From assembly GCF_964204645.1 (NCBI RefSeq), contig NC_134027.1, positions 14,416,485 to 14,480,484 of the forward strand: a DNA stretch of 64,000 bases. The letters are read 5' to 3'. Position numbers and translations under genes: made by a program. Shown piece by piece: positions 40,437 through 52,400 of the stretch. The notes under the pieces are model-generated. The model was not told the origin of the DNA and made no database searches. It saw only the letters and a list, made by a program, of their open reading frames with translations. The DNA is from Tubulanus polymorphus (lineage: Eukaryota > Animalia > Nemertea). Numbering within the stretch: position 1 is the stretch's first letter; the number at the start of each line of letters is the position of its first letter.

Positions 40437-40797
40437 AGGAATAACAATTCTTTCAATTCTAACAGCTGTAAATATGTTATTTACAACAATTGGTTTAGCA
40501 ATATCAAATGCTTTAAAATCTACTCCTACTCCCAATAAACCGGATAAACCCCCGAATGATAATAATTCTATACAAGATAAAGTTAAAGATGGTTTAAAAA
40601 AATTAGCAAAATATTTATGGGAACTATCTAAAAATTCTGCTGCAGCTTTACCAGGAATTATTGCATCAATTGTTGGTTTTATATTGAAATCTGCTGGGAA
40701 TATTCTTAACTTTGCTGCTGAACATATTATTTTATTTTTAATTACAGTTGTAAGTGCTATTATTTTTGGGTTAGTAAAAATAATCAAAAATAAATAA
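40437..40797 (+). pseudogene. C-terminal remnant of the multi-TM protein
   Basis: Fused to pPolB at the deletion junction; matches 8018-8430. Confidence 0.85.
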
Positions 40798-40817
40798 TTA
40801 ATTTTTTTGTTAAATAA

Positions 40818-42933
40818 ATGAGTGGGAGTTATATCAATCCTTCTAAGAATCATAGAATATCTAATGCTATTAAAGCAGAAAGATCTCATCATATAATTAC
40901 TCATAACCCTTCTAATATTAATCCTGATGAAACTTTATATGTTAGAATTCCTCGATTAACACAAAATACTTTTTATGTTCCAAATAGTATTTATTTATCA
41001 GCCGATATAAAAGTAACTGGTAATAATAATAATTATGTTGTTGATAATGTTGGAAGATATTTGATTAAAAAATTAACTATAAAGATCGGTCCAGAAACAG
41101 TTCTCTCATTAGATGATTATAATTTATTTATGCATTATAAAGATTTATGGTTAACTAAAGAAAATAGAAATAATATGATATTTCAAGGAATCCAATCAGA
41201 AAACCAAAATAAATTAAGATCTGAAGCCAATAATGCAGTAGTAGCTAATGACGTAGATAATTTGATTAAAAAGATTTATGGAAGCAAATATAAAATTCCA
41301 TTAGACTTTGAATTGATAAATAATAATGCACCTTTATATAAATACTAGTCGACTACCCGTCCTGGCGGACGGGTAGATTATAATGAATCACTAAGGTGCG
41401 GATAGAAATAATATAATATATAATATATATTATATAATATATAATAATATGTAATATAATATCATATATATTCATTTACACTATAAGTCTGGCATTAGAA
41501 AAAAAGTATTACAACATTTCGCTGTAAACTGTGTTTTTGGTTTTTTCGGGTGAGTGGGTACCTACTCTGGAAAGGGAAACATAGTGCAAGCCAAACGTGA
41601 ACGGAAGTCCAGTCCGCTAATGTATCTGAATGTTTGGCCGTGTGCTTTGTTAACTGCATGTCTTGGCAAAACAAGGGCGTAACTGGAATTACTCTTTCAT
41701 ACCTTTTTATCCGAAAACAACAATAACAGATCGGGCTTTTAAATCTCGGTGATTCTTAGAAGAATGGATTGGCATGCTTTCCTTTTGGAAGTGGTGAGCT
41801 CGAATACATACAGTCTCCACTATTAGATTCCGGGCAGAGAGAGGAAGTCACCGGCGTCTCTGTAGTCAAAAGCCAAGCAACAGCTGATGCTCACCACATC
41901 TGCAGTAATCTCCACTACATGTATTAGATCCCCAGAATTGAGGTCACCCGCGTCTCTGTAGTCAAGCACACTATACAGAAACCGACGCTCAAATGTTTGT
42001 TTCGATCAGCGCGCGCAGTGACGTCACGCGGAGCGTCCAAACTTAAATGGTCCAAAAGTCTACCTAAACTTTATCGTATCGGCACGAAATCGATACTAAA
42101 ACACAGATCAGACCACCCTCTTTCAATCCATACCACTCAACGCGTAATCGAAGCCACGCGAACGGAGATTACGCGTTACAAAGTTAAGACGCCTAGCCGC
42201 TTATAGTATAGATGTAATTCAAGAAGATATTATATTTGAGATAACATTTGCTCCTGTAAATGAAATTGTATTATCTAGCGTTAATAAAGATATGGGTTAT
42301 AAATTATCGAATATATGTTTAGAATATGATTCAGTAACGAATGAAAATATTGCTAACACAATTCAAACTCAATACAATCAAGGATTTTCATTATTATATG
42401 ATTATATTGATAAATTTAAAACTGTAACTATTAATGCAAATGATGAAATAATTAATGAGAATATTAATTTCCCAAGAAGATCTATTAAAGGTATATTAAT
42501 ATTTTTTACTATTGCAACATATACTAATGGTGCAATAAAGGTAGATAATTATTATAATACTGAAATAACAAAAGTAGAAATAACTATCGAAGGAATAGCA
42601 AATAAAATATTTTGTCAAGGAATGAGAATGATAGATCAATGGCCAGAAATTAGAAAACATTTTATGAATGAAAAAGTAAAATCATCTGAAAATTGTAATA
42701 TTAATCAAATTGATTATTATGCCGGTAATAAATATGCATTATGGGTAGATTTTAGAACAACAGAGGATAATTCATTACATGGTTCTGGGAAAAAACTACA
42801 GAACACTAAAGACGGAATACAATTATTCATGAAAAAGAAAAAAGGAAGCTTAAATTTTAAAATGCACATTTATATTATATCTGACGCACAATTAAATATT
42901 GTAAATTCACAATTAGATAGTATTCAATATTAG
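40818..42933 (+). pseudogene. Major capsid protein interrupted by a Helitron
   Basis: Removing 41345-42212 restores the frame ..PLYKY-VIQEDII.. Confidence 0.85.
41345..42212 (-). mobile_element. Non-autonomous Helitron (868 bp)
   Basis: Minus strand A|TCTATACTATAA..CTACCCGTCC-GCCA-GGACGGGTAG-TCGA-CTAG|T; no TSD; decayed Pif1 helicase C-terminus (NKAHGQTF, VSLSRVG, KTKNTVYSEML*) at ~41509-41695. Confidence 0.92.
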
Positions 42934-42963
42934 AAATATAAAGTTAAAATTAACGATATATAA

Positions 42964-44092
42964 ATGGGCGGTAAAAAAAACTCCTAATACTAAAGAACAA
43001 TATTTAAGAAATTTATATTACAACCCTGAGAGTTCGGTTGCTTATTCTTCTACCAGAAATATATGGCGTCAAGTAAAACAAGATAAATTAGATAAGATAA
43101 TCCCACAAAATTTAGTTAAATATAAAGATATAAATGAATTTATGTTAGAACAACCAACATATAGAACACATAAAAAAATTGTTAGAAAATATAAAACTCG
43201 TAAAACTACGGTAAGTTATGTAGATCAACAATGGCAAGGAGATTTAATTGATATGAAAAATGTTAAGAAAGATAATGATGATTATTGGTGGATATTGAAT
43301 ATAATTGATATTTTTAGTCGTTATGTATGGAGTTTCCCACTTTTTAGAAAAGATGCTGTACAAACATCAAATGTTTTAAGAAAATTTCTTTCGGATGATA
43401 AAATAAAACCAGAAAAAATACAATTTGATGATGGAAAAGAATTTGATAATTCACTTGTTCATGAACTCTTAGACAATCATAATATTAAATATTTTTCAAC
43501 AAAATCGGATAAAAAAGCAGCAGTTGTTGAACGATTTAATAGAACATTAAGAATAAGAATGTGGAAATATTTTACAGCAAATAATACTTATAGATGGATT
43601 GATGTTTTACCAAAATTGATAGAAGGTTATAATAATTCTTATCATTCTTCTATTGGAATGAAACCTATTGATGCTAGAAAACCTGAAAATGCTGAAATTG
43701 CTTGGAATAATTTATATGGAGCATTTCTTGTAGATGATTTTGGTGAACCTAGATTTAAAATAGGACAACACGTTAGAATTTCTAAATATAAAAAGATATT
43801 TGATAAAGGATACGATCGTAATTTTACTAGAGAAATATATCAAATAAAAAAAGTAATAACAACAAAACCATATGTCTATAAATTAGAAGATTTAAATGGT
43901 GAAGAAGTTGATGGGTATTTTTATGAAGAAGAATTGAGTTTAACTACTGAAAATCTAGAACAAGAATATAAAATTGAAAAAGTATTAAAAACAAAAACTG
44001 TTAAAAGAAAAAAATATTCTTTAGTAAAGTGGGTTGGATGGCCAGATAAATTCAATGAATGGATATTATCAAGTAAAATTAAAAATATATAA
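42964..44092 (+). pseudogene. rve integrase with chromo-like domain (5' homopolymer frameshift; core intact)
   Basis: DDE motifs as in copy 1. Confidence 0.92.
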
Positions 44093-44698
44093 ATGAATAA
44101 GGAATTATTTATATTTGAGCCTCATAATATGTTAATTTCTGGCGTAACAAATTGTGGAAAAACTTATTTTATATTAAATTTATTAGAAACTGTTTATAAC
44201 TATTTTGATAATATCGTATTATTTTGTCCAATATATGAATTTAATCAAACTTATGATAGAAATATTACTAGAAATAATAAATTTATTATATTAGATCCTA
44301 AAACAGTAAAAGAAAATTTAGATAATTGTATTAAAATAGCAATTGATATTTATAAAGGATCAAATACATTATTTATCATAGATGATTGTGCAAATCTACA
44401 TGATTCAAAAATTAGAGAGAGTGAGTTATGTTATTTAGCTTTTTCTGGTAGACATTTTGGGATAACAACTTGGGTTTTAAATCAAAAATATAATTCAATT
44501 GTTAAAGATTTTAGAGAAAACATCAGATTTTTAGTTTTATTCTACAATAAAGATAGAAAATCGATGAAAAATGCACTTGAGGAAAATCATATAATTCCAC
44601 ATGATTTACATAATGAATATATGGATAAATTGAAAAATAACAAAAGATCAAAATTACTATTTAGATTACAACACCCATTTAAATGTGAATTTATTTAA
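44093..44698 (+). CDS. Packaging ATPase (A32/FtsK-like)
   Basis: GVTNCGKT, FIIDD, SGRH; open frame. Confidence 0.9.
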   Translation: MNKELFIFEPHNMLISGVTNCGKTYFILNLLETVYNYFDNIVLFCPIYEFNQTYDRNITRNNKFIILDPKTVKENLDNCIKIAIDIYKGSNTLFIIDDCANLHDSKIRESELCYLAFSGRHFGITTWVLNQKYNSIVKDFRENIRFLVLFYNKDRKSMKNALEENHIIPHDLHNEYMDKLKNNKRSKLLFRLQHPFKCEFI

Positions 44699-44975
44699 AT
44701 TCAACTAGCTTGTTAATCTAGTTGAATTCTAGTTACATTCTAGTTGAATTCTAGTTATTGGTATTTGAAACAAAAATCAAATAAAATTCAACAATATTTT
44801 AACTAGCTTGTTAATCTAGTTGATTTTTAGTTACATTCTAGTTAAATTCTACTTATTGGTAGTTGGAACAAAACTTAACTAGATTTAACAAGAAATAAAT
44901 AAAAACAATAATAATTCAACTAGTTTGTTAATCTAGTTGATTTTTAGTTACATTCTAGTTAAATTCTAGTTGCAA
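44697..44975. repeat. CTAG-rich hairpin/iteron array
   Basis: Reverse-complement homolog of 4725-5000. Confidence 0.85.
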
Positions 44976-45003
44976 CATCACAACTAATTTTTTTGTTATA
45001 TAA

Positions 45004-45518
45004 ATGGGAGGTTAAAAAAAATAAAATCTAAAAATGGTGATGTTCCAATTGAAAAAACTTTAGATGATTTAGGTATAACAGAAACAAAATTAACTCCAGA
45101 TGATGGTGCTTTAAATAATGTTACAACAAATAACAATTATGAATATTATCTCTATTGTAAACATCAATTAGAAATATTAATAGCATCTGGAAAATGTAAA
45201 AATTTTATCGGTAAAAATTTAACTTATAATGAATTAGATACAATGAAATCAGATGAAATTATTAGATTATTTAAGATTTATGAAACCGCGAGAACAGCTA
45301 GAATTAATGATGCGATATCAGAAAATGTAGTAAAAGGTTATAGTAAATTATGTAATTATATGCTGCCAATTCAAGATGAAAATAGATTATATGCTGATTT
45401 AAAAAATGATTATTTAGTTATGACTGAATTAAATAAATGGATTGGATATTTATCATTTCAATTAGGTGGATTTATGACATTATTATCAACTGGAGTTATA
45501 ACATTTTCAAAATATTGA
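45004..45518 (+). pseudogene. Conserved ~170-aa element protein
   Basis: Homolog of 4183-4696. Confidence 0.75.
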
Positions 45519-45541
45519 AAGTAAAGATTTTTCTATAATAA

Positions 45542-45925
45542 ATGAGCGAAGTGGAAGAAGTGAAGGAATTAACTTTGAAGAAAAAACCGAGAACTCAGAA
45601 ACAAATTGAATGGTCTCGGCAATTAGGAATTAAATCACAAAAATATAAAAAAGCTGTTAAAGAAAAAATAGGTAATAAAAATGGTGAAAATATTGTTATT
45701 TCTACTCCTTCTAATGATAGAATATTTAATAAATGTCTATATTTTACAGTTGGATTTGTAATTGTATTCATTTTGATTGGGTGTAATTGGTATAAGAAAT
45801 CAAATAAAATTCATGATATTAATAATTCTGAAACAACTGCTATCAAATATGAAAATACTTCTGAAATTCCAAAATTGACAATAAAAAAATGGATTAATAT
45901 TTTAGAAAAAAGCAAAAAAAAATAA
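45542..45925 (+). CDS. Basic N-terminus, single-TM protein
   Basis: RTQKQIEWSRQLG motif shared with 62709-63077; hydrophobic segment. Confidence 0.75.
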   Translation: MSEVEEVKELTLKKKPRTQKQIEWSRQLGIKSQKYKKAVKEKIGNKNGENIVISTPSNDRIFNKCLYFTVGFVIVFILIGCNWYKKSNKIHDINNSETTAIKYENTSEIPKLTIKKWINILEKSKKK

Positions 45926-46033
45926 TTCTTTTTAATTAATTGAATATCTCACTACTTTTGTCTATCTATGTGGAGCAAATAAATTGCCCAGATAAGTCAT
46001 TTCGGATTCTAGATATTCATTATTTTTATTAAT

Positions 46034-46379
46034 TTATTTTGTTTTTTTAATCTAATCAACAATTTCTAAATCATGATGGCAATCTTCATTTTTTCCATGA
46101 TAGATTATTTTAAATCCTTCTAAATCTTTTAATTCCTCTTTACTCAATGAAACCCATTTATCAGGTAAAAATAATTGTAAATTCTCGCGATGTACTAACA
46201 TTGCAGTAGCTTAAATTAGCTGATACTTTCTCTCCATATTTAGTTTTTATCTTTTCTAATTTCAATATTTTATGTTCAATTTCTTTTGTAACATCAACTA
46301 ACTTTTTTATATCAAATTGTTTTTTTGCTGGTTTTATTCTGTTATTTATTGTTGCTAAGAATGCTTTTCTATCTCCCAT
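46034..46379 (-). pseudogene. Small conserved protein (possible OB fold), frameshifted
   Basis: Near-identical to 3306-3632. Confidence 0.75.
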
Positions 46380-46850
46380 TTATAAGGAAAAAAAATTACT
46401 TGTCATGATGAGTGGGGATTACTTCCCCTTGTATATAACAAGCACGCTATTAACCGTTCTCACACAAGCCTCACAGCATCTATCTATCCGAGCACAGCTG
46501 ACACGCAATCACTGTACTACAGTAATAGCACACGCGTTAATAACCGTTCTCAGTAGCGACTCACTGTATCGATCTATCCACGCGCAGTTGTTGTTACGCG
46601 CACTCACTGTATACATATATCACAACGCTGTTGACCGTTCTCGGCCTAGCTGTGATGAGTGGTGTCTCGTACTCTCGTACTCTGGTATGAAAGCCCACTT
46701 TCCCTATTACTGACAATTTCAAAATTCAATGCCCTCTGGTGAACATATATGCACAAACCTATGACTTGGAAATGGTCATAATCAAAGCGTATTGAAAACT
46801 AGATTCTGTCTACAAATGATGAAAGAAGTGGGATGTAAATCCTAAGTTAT

Positions 46851-47146
46851 CCCCCTGGCAGGGATCAGAACTTGATGGCATTGCTAGACTCAGCAGCGGC
46901 ACGAAACTCTGCCACGCTAGATGCAGGTTTGAAAACTTGCGGCACCAATCAGATTGATTGAATAATCACTGAGAATAATTTCACAGATAAACTATCAATG
47001 GAAAAACCTGGGCTTAAATTAATCAGGATTTATGATTGGCTAATAATTGCATCTTCTAAGCTGCATTCTCTGTCTAGAATGGTAAGGTTTCATGAAGTGG
47101 CAAGTCTCAATCAATGCCATCAGATTTCACGCCCTACCAGGGGGGA
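46851..47146. mobile_element. ~295-bp MITE
   Basis: CCCCCTGGCAGGG..GATGGC / GCCATC..CCCTACCAGGGGG ends; related to 24743-25040. Confidence 0.55.
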
Positions 47147-48046
47147 TGGTACCAAGTGGGTACCAAGTTGGCTAAAAAGATGAGAACGAAATAGGCTTAA
47201 TTACTTTCCTTTGACTTTCAAACACACGCCATGAAAAAATTCCATCACATCTTGCTGTTGGTGCTTTTCTGCATCGACCACGAAGTCTGGAAAATGTAAT
47301 TACAAAAGTACATAGGGACTCAGGTCCTTGATGAGTGGTACTAAAATATTCACTAACAACGCTTTCTGATAAAGATCGCAAAATTGCTACATGTACTTCA
47401 ATGCTAGCAAAAAACCCATGTTTCTTTTCATCAAAAATAATCGTATGAACATTATGAGATTTTCTATGCCCGTAGAGACTATGTACGATCTCAGGAACAT
47501 CGAAAGATGCGGCTCTGTAATGTAGTTCCTTCACCTACTGATAATCTTGTGCCCATGGATTCATCTTGTGCTTTTGGAGCCCACGTTGCCTTGACCTTTC
47601 ATTCAGACACAAATTTGATGGTCTGTCTGACAATAAGCATGTACTTATCCACCGTGAATTAAGTAGATATTCTAACTCGACAGTGAAACAACAATTGTCA
47701 AATATCAACGCTGCAAGTTAAAACCATTTCAATCAAAAATTGTTGCTTCATCTATCATACAAGTCTGTCATTTAAAAACTGCAATGAAAATTACACATAC
47801 CTTTTATGTTATCAATAAGTGGCTCAGTGTTGCCAAGTAACGATTGCTGAATGTTACATGCATTGCAGGTAGGCCTACAGGGCTGCGAACATGCTTTCTT
47901 AAAAAAGCGATGTAAAAAGCCTCGGGTGGCCCGAAGACATTGCACGACAGAATTGAGGAAACAGACATTACCAGGGTTTCTAAGACCTGGAGGAAGCACC
48001 TACAATGAAACGATCAATTACACATTAACTACCTCGTATCAGCACA

Positions 48047-49262
48047 ACGATTAACCAAACCCTCATCACATTTGCCCGATGAGTCGGCCCTGGGCCCAGG
48101 GACTCCCCTAACAGGTAAATGGACTCCTGGTGGCTTTACCTGTGGTCCGATTAGTGCTAAATTCAACAAGCACCTGCACGGTGTACCCCTTAACGATTAA
48201 CCAAACCCTCATCACATTTGCCCGATGAGTCTTGGCCCTGGGCCCAGGGACCCCCCTAACAGGTAAATGGACTCTTGGTGGCTTTACCAGTGGTCCGATT
48301 AGTGCTAAATTCAACAGGCACCTGCAGGGTGGCTTTACCTGTGGTCCGATTAGTGCTAAATTCAACAGGCACCTGCAGGGTGTGTCCTTTAAGGATAAAC
48401 CAAACCCTCATCACATTTGCCCGATGAGTCTTGGCCCCGGGCCCAGGGACCCCCCTAACAGGTAAATGGACTCTTGGTGGCTTTACCTGTGGTCCGATTA
48501 GTGCTAAATTCAACAAGCACCTGCAGGGTGTGTCCCTTAACGATTAACCAAACCCTCATCACATTTGCCCGATGAGTCTTGGCCCCGGGCCCCCCTAACA
48601 GGTAAATGGACTCCTGGTGGCTTTACCTGTGGTCCGATTAGTGCTTAATTCAACAAGCACCTGCACGGTGTACCCCTTAACGATTAACAAAACCCTCATC
48701 ACATTTGCCCGATGAGTCTTGGCCCCGGGCCCAGGGACCCCCCTAACAGGTAAATGGACTCTTGGTGGCTTTACCTGTGGTCCGATTAGTGCTAAATTCA
48801 ACAAGCACCTGCACGGTTTACCCCTTAACGATTAACCAAACCCTCATCACATTTTCCCGATGAGTCTTGGCCCCGGGCCCAGGGACCCCCCTAACAGGTA
48901 AATGGACTCTTGGTGGCTTTTTACCTGTGGTCCGATTAGTGCTAAATTCAACAGGCACAGGTAAATGGACTCCTGGTGGCTTTACCTGTGGTCCGATTAG
49001 TGCTAAATTCAACAGGCACCTGCACGGTGTACCCCTTAACGATTAACCAAACCCTCATCACATTTGCCCGATGAGTCTTGGCCCCGGGCCCAGGGACCCC
49101 CTAACAGGTAAATGGACTCCTGGTTGCTTTACCTGTGATCCGATTAGTGCTAAATTCAACAAGCACCTGCAGGGTGTACCCCTTAACGATTAACCAAACC
49201 CTCATCACATTTGCCCGATGAGTCTTGGCCCCGCCCCCCCCCCCTCACAGGTAAATGTACTC
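48047..49262. repeat. GC-rich tandem satellite, ~146-bp monomer, ~8 copies
   Basis: Recurrent ACGATTAACCAAACCCTCATCACATTTGCCCGATGAGTC; inverted partial monomer at ~35374-35470. Confidence 0.95.
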
Positions 49263-49420
49263 AGTAATAGGGGTAATAGGCTTTCAGGCCAAAGGTCGAA
49301 CGGTCGAGCTCATAAAAATGAAAAACATGAAAATAATTACAATTTCTACTTGAATTACTCGCGAAACTCATAAAAATGAAAAATAAACCTTTAACCTGAA
49401 AGCCTATTACCCCTATTACT
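49263..49420. repeat. 26-bp perfect inverted repeat of the element terminus
   Basis: AGTAATAGGGGTAATAGGCTTTCAGG (49263) and CCTGAAAGCCTATTACCCCTATTACT (49395-49420). Confidence 0.9.
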
Positions 49421-49438
49421 CTTAAAATAATCATATAC

Positions 49439-52400
49439 ATGAAAACACATTTAGAGAATAAATTGATACTAGAATATAAAGATGATATATTAGAAACTAA
49501 ATTAGAAGAATTAAAGAATGAAAAAGAAACATATAAATGTGATACATGTAATCAATCATTCAGTGATAAAAGATATTATAAAGAACATTTAAAATCTATA
49601 AGTCATATTAGAAATAAGAATAATGATATTTTAGGTGAAGATTATTTTGATAATGATAACGATAAGAAACAGAAGACAATTAGAAGCATAAAAAATAAAT
49701 TAAACAATAAAAGACCATACATGGAAGATGTAAGAAATTATATTAATTCATTACATAATAAAAAAGATATAGAGATAACCGAAGCATTTAAAAGTGATAT
49801 TGGTCCAGCAGCTATCGAGTTTAAATTTCATAAAGGAAAAACATTAGAAGATAATAAAAAACATTTAGAAAATATGAAAAATATTATAGAAATAATAACT
49901 GATGTTGAATATCCTAAAATTAGTATATCAGTTAAAGTACAGTTTATAAAATCTGAAGATAAACCAATATATAATATAAATTCTCATTCACAACATATTA
50001 TATATGAACAACATATAGATGATAAATTAGATAAATGTTATAATGAAGTAAAAACTAAAATAGAAGAGAAATATTTTGAAGGATTTGGTTTAATATTTGA
50101 TGAAATAATATTTATGACTTTACATGTTTATAACACAAAATATAATAAGTTAACTAAATCGAAACCAATAGATGAAAATAATGTATCATATTATAAAGAA
50201 CCAGATATTGAAGCATCGAGTTATATTAAACTACCATTTAAAACTAATGCTGTTATAAATGTACAAAATGAAGATGATAAATGTTTTCTATGGGCTATAA
50301 TAAGTTGTTTACATCCTGCAACTTATAATATTTGTAGATTAACTCATTATAAACCATTTGAAAATAATTATAAGATAGATAAGTATCCTGTTATAACTAA
50401 AAACATCCCAAAAATAGAAAGAGATAATAATTTAAGAATAAATGTATTTGATTTAATCAAATTACCAAATACAAAAGGTAACAATATAAAACATTATACA
50501 TTAGAACCTTTATATCTATCAAAAGATTATGATTCAAACGATATTATAGATATATTATATTATGAGAATCATTATATGTGGATTAAACAAATAGATTTAT
50601 TCTTTAGAACAGAAAGTGATCACCATAATAAAATATATCTATGTAGAAAATGTTTACATAAATTCAGTAATGAAAGTACATTATTAAATCATAAACAATT
50701 ATGTGAAAATCATGATTATTGTAAATTAGTTTTACCAAATGAAAAAGATAAAATATTAGAATTCAAAAAATATGATTACAAAAATAAAGTACCATTTGTT
50801 ATATATGGAGATTTTGAATCATTAAATAAAGAATTAACTGATCAAGATAGAAAAGAAATATATTATAAAAGAAAGAAATTAAACTCTAATGAAAATGATT
50901 TTTCAGATGAACCACCAAAAACAAATACTATTAAAAAGATTCATCAATCAGCTGCAGCTTTCGGGTTATATATTAAATCTGATTATCCAGAACTAATTGA
51001 AAGTGAATATTATGATTATAGAAATGAAAATGTTATCAATCATTTTTGTGACTTATTAATTGAATATGAAATAAGATTTAGTAAATTATTGAATACAAAT
51101 ACAGAAATTATAATGACAGAAGAAGATAAAGAAGAATTTGCGTTTGCAGATAAATGTTATTATTGTGAAAAGATACTTAATTATAAAGATAAAAAAGTAA
51201 GAGACCATGATCATTTGAATGGAAAGTTTAGAGGCGCTGCACATGAGAATTGTAACTTACAAGCTAAGAAAATTAACTTTGTACCAGTTATATTTCATAA
51301 TCTATCAGGATATGATGCACATTTATTTATCAAACAGTTATGCCATAAAATATAAGAAATTAATAATGAAATAGAAAGATTAAATTCAAATAGATCAAAA
51401 GATAAAATACCAACTTATGAATTTAGAGTGTTAGCTAGAACATCTGAGAATTATATATCATTCCAATTTGGGTGTTTAATATTTATAGATTCATATAGAT
51501 TTTTAAATAGTTCATTAGATAACTTACCAAAATCATTAGTTGATGATGAATTAAGAATATTAAAACAACACTATCCAAATAATGATGATTTTCAATTAAT
51601 GAGATATAAAGGTGCAATTCCATATTCATTTTATAAATCACATAAAGATTTTAACATAACTGAATTATTGAAAGAACAATTCTACGATGAATTAAAAAAT
51701 GAATATGTTAAAGATGAAGTATATAATAGAACATTGAATATTTGGAATCATTTTAGAATGAAAAATCATGGACAATTAGTAGATTTATATCTAAAATCAG
51801 ATGTATTATTATTAACCGATATATTCGAAAGGTTTAGAGATGTAAACCTAAAATATTCTAACATTGATCCTTGTCATTGTTATTCATCACCAGGTTTAAC
51901 ATGGGATTGTGGATTAAAATTTACAGATATAAAAATGGATTTGTTAACAAATATAGATCAATTACTATTATTTGAAAAATCTATAAGAGGAGGAGTTTCA
52001 GGTGTATTAGGGGATATTTCAATGTAAATGATAACCCTGGATATAAGTTATTATATATAGATGCAAATAATTTGTATGGTTGGGCAATGATGGAACCACA
52101 ACCTTATGGAGTATTTGAATTAACTGAAGTTTTACAGAATGAAAATAATGATAAATTTGATTGGAAGAAAAGAATCCTAGATATTGCAGATGATTCAGAT
52201 ACTGGTTACTTCTTTGTTGTAGATTAAGAATATCCTGAACATATTAAATTTAAAACTAGAAATCTAGCATACTGTCCCGAACATAAAACTGTAACTCATG
52301 AAGAATTATCAAATTATCAAAAAAGAATTAAACCCGAAAATCATATTCATACAGAAAAGTTAATGGTAACTCAGTAAGATAAATATAATTATGTAGTACA

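Larger units (their letters stand above)
38091..46711 (+). mobile_element. Polinton/Maverick-like endogenous virus, copy 2 (both ends present, internally deleted)
   Basis: TIR AGTAATAGGGAAAGTGGGCTTTCATACCAG at both ends; flanks TACAAT (38085-38090) and GACAAT (46712-46717), a 6-bp TSD with one mismatch. Confidence 0.95.
35790..48000 (-). pseudogene. Spliced ubiquitin-specific protease (USP/UCH family) gene remnant
   Basis: Exons: GLRNPGNVCFLNSVVQCL (Cys box, ~47800-48000), TCLECGKESIR (~37500), TIQECVTNFFSLEE (~36780-36850), APDFIVIDLKR (~36515-36590), YKLYAV..SGHYVAYLK..GWALADD (His box, ~35795-35905, frameshifted). Confidence 0.75.

Noticed and set aside
40398-40904. 168-aa minus-strand ORF (also 8909-9127, 57575-58407, 58672-58869)
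   Set aside because: Antisense shadows of real element genes.
48108-49012. Repeated ORFs, and a possible CRISPR array or hammerhead in the satellite
   Set aside because: Whole monomers repeat with no unique spacers and no cas genes; CCGATGAG lacks a matching GAAA core.
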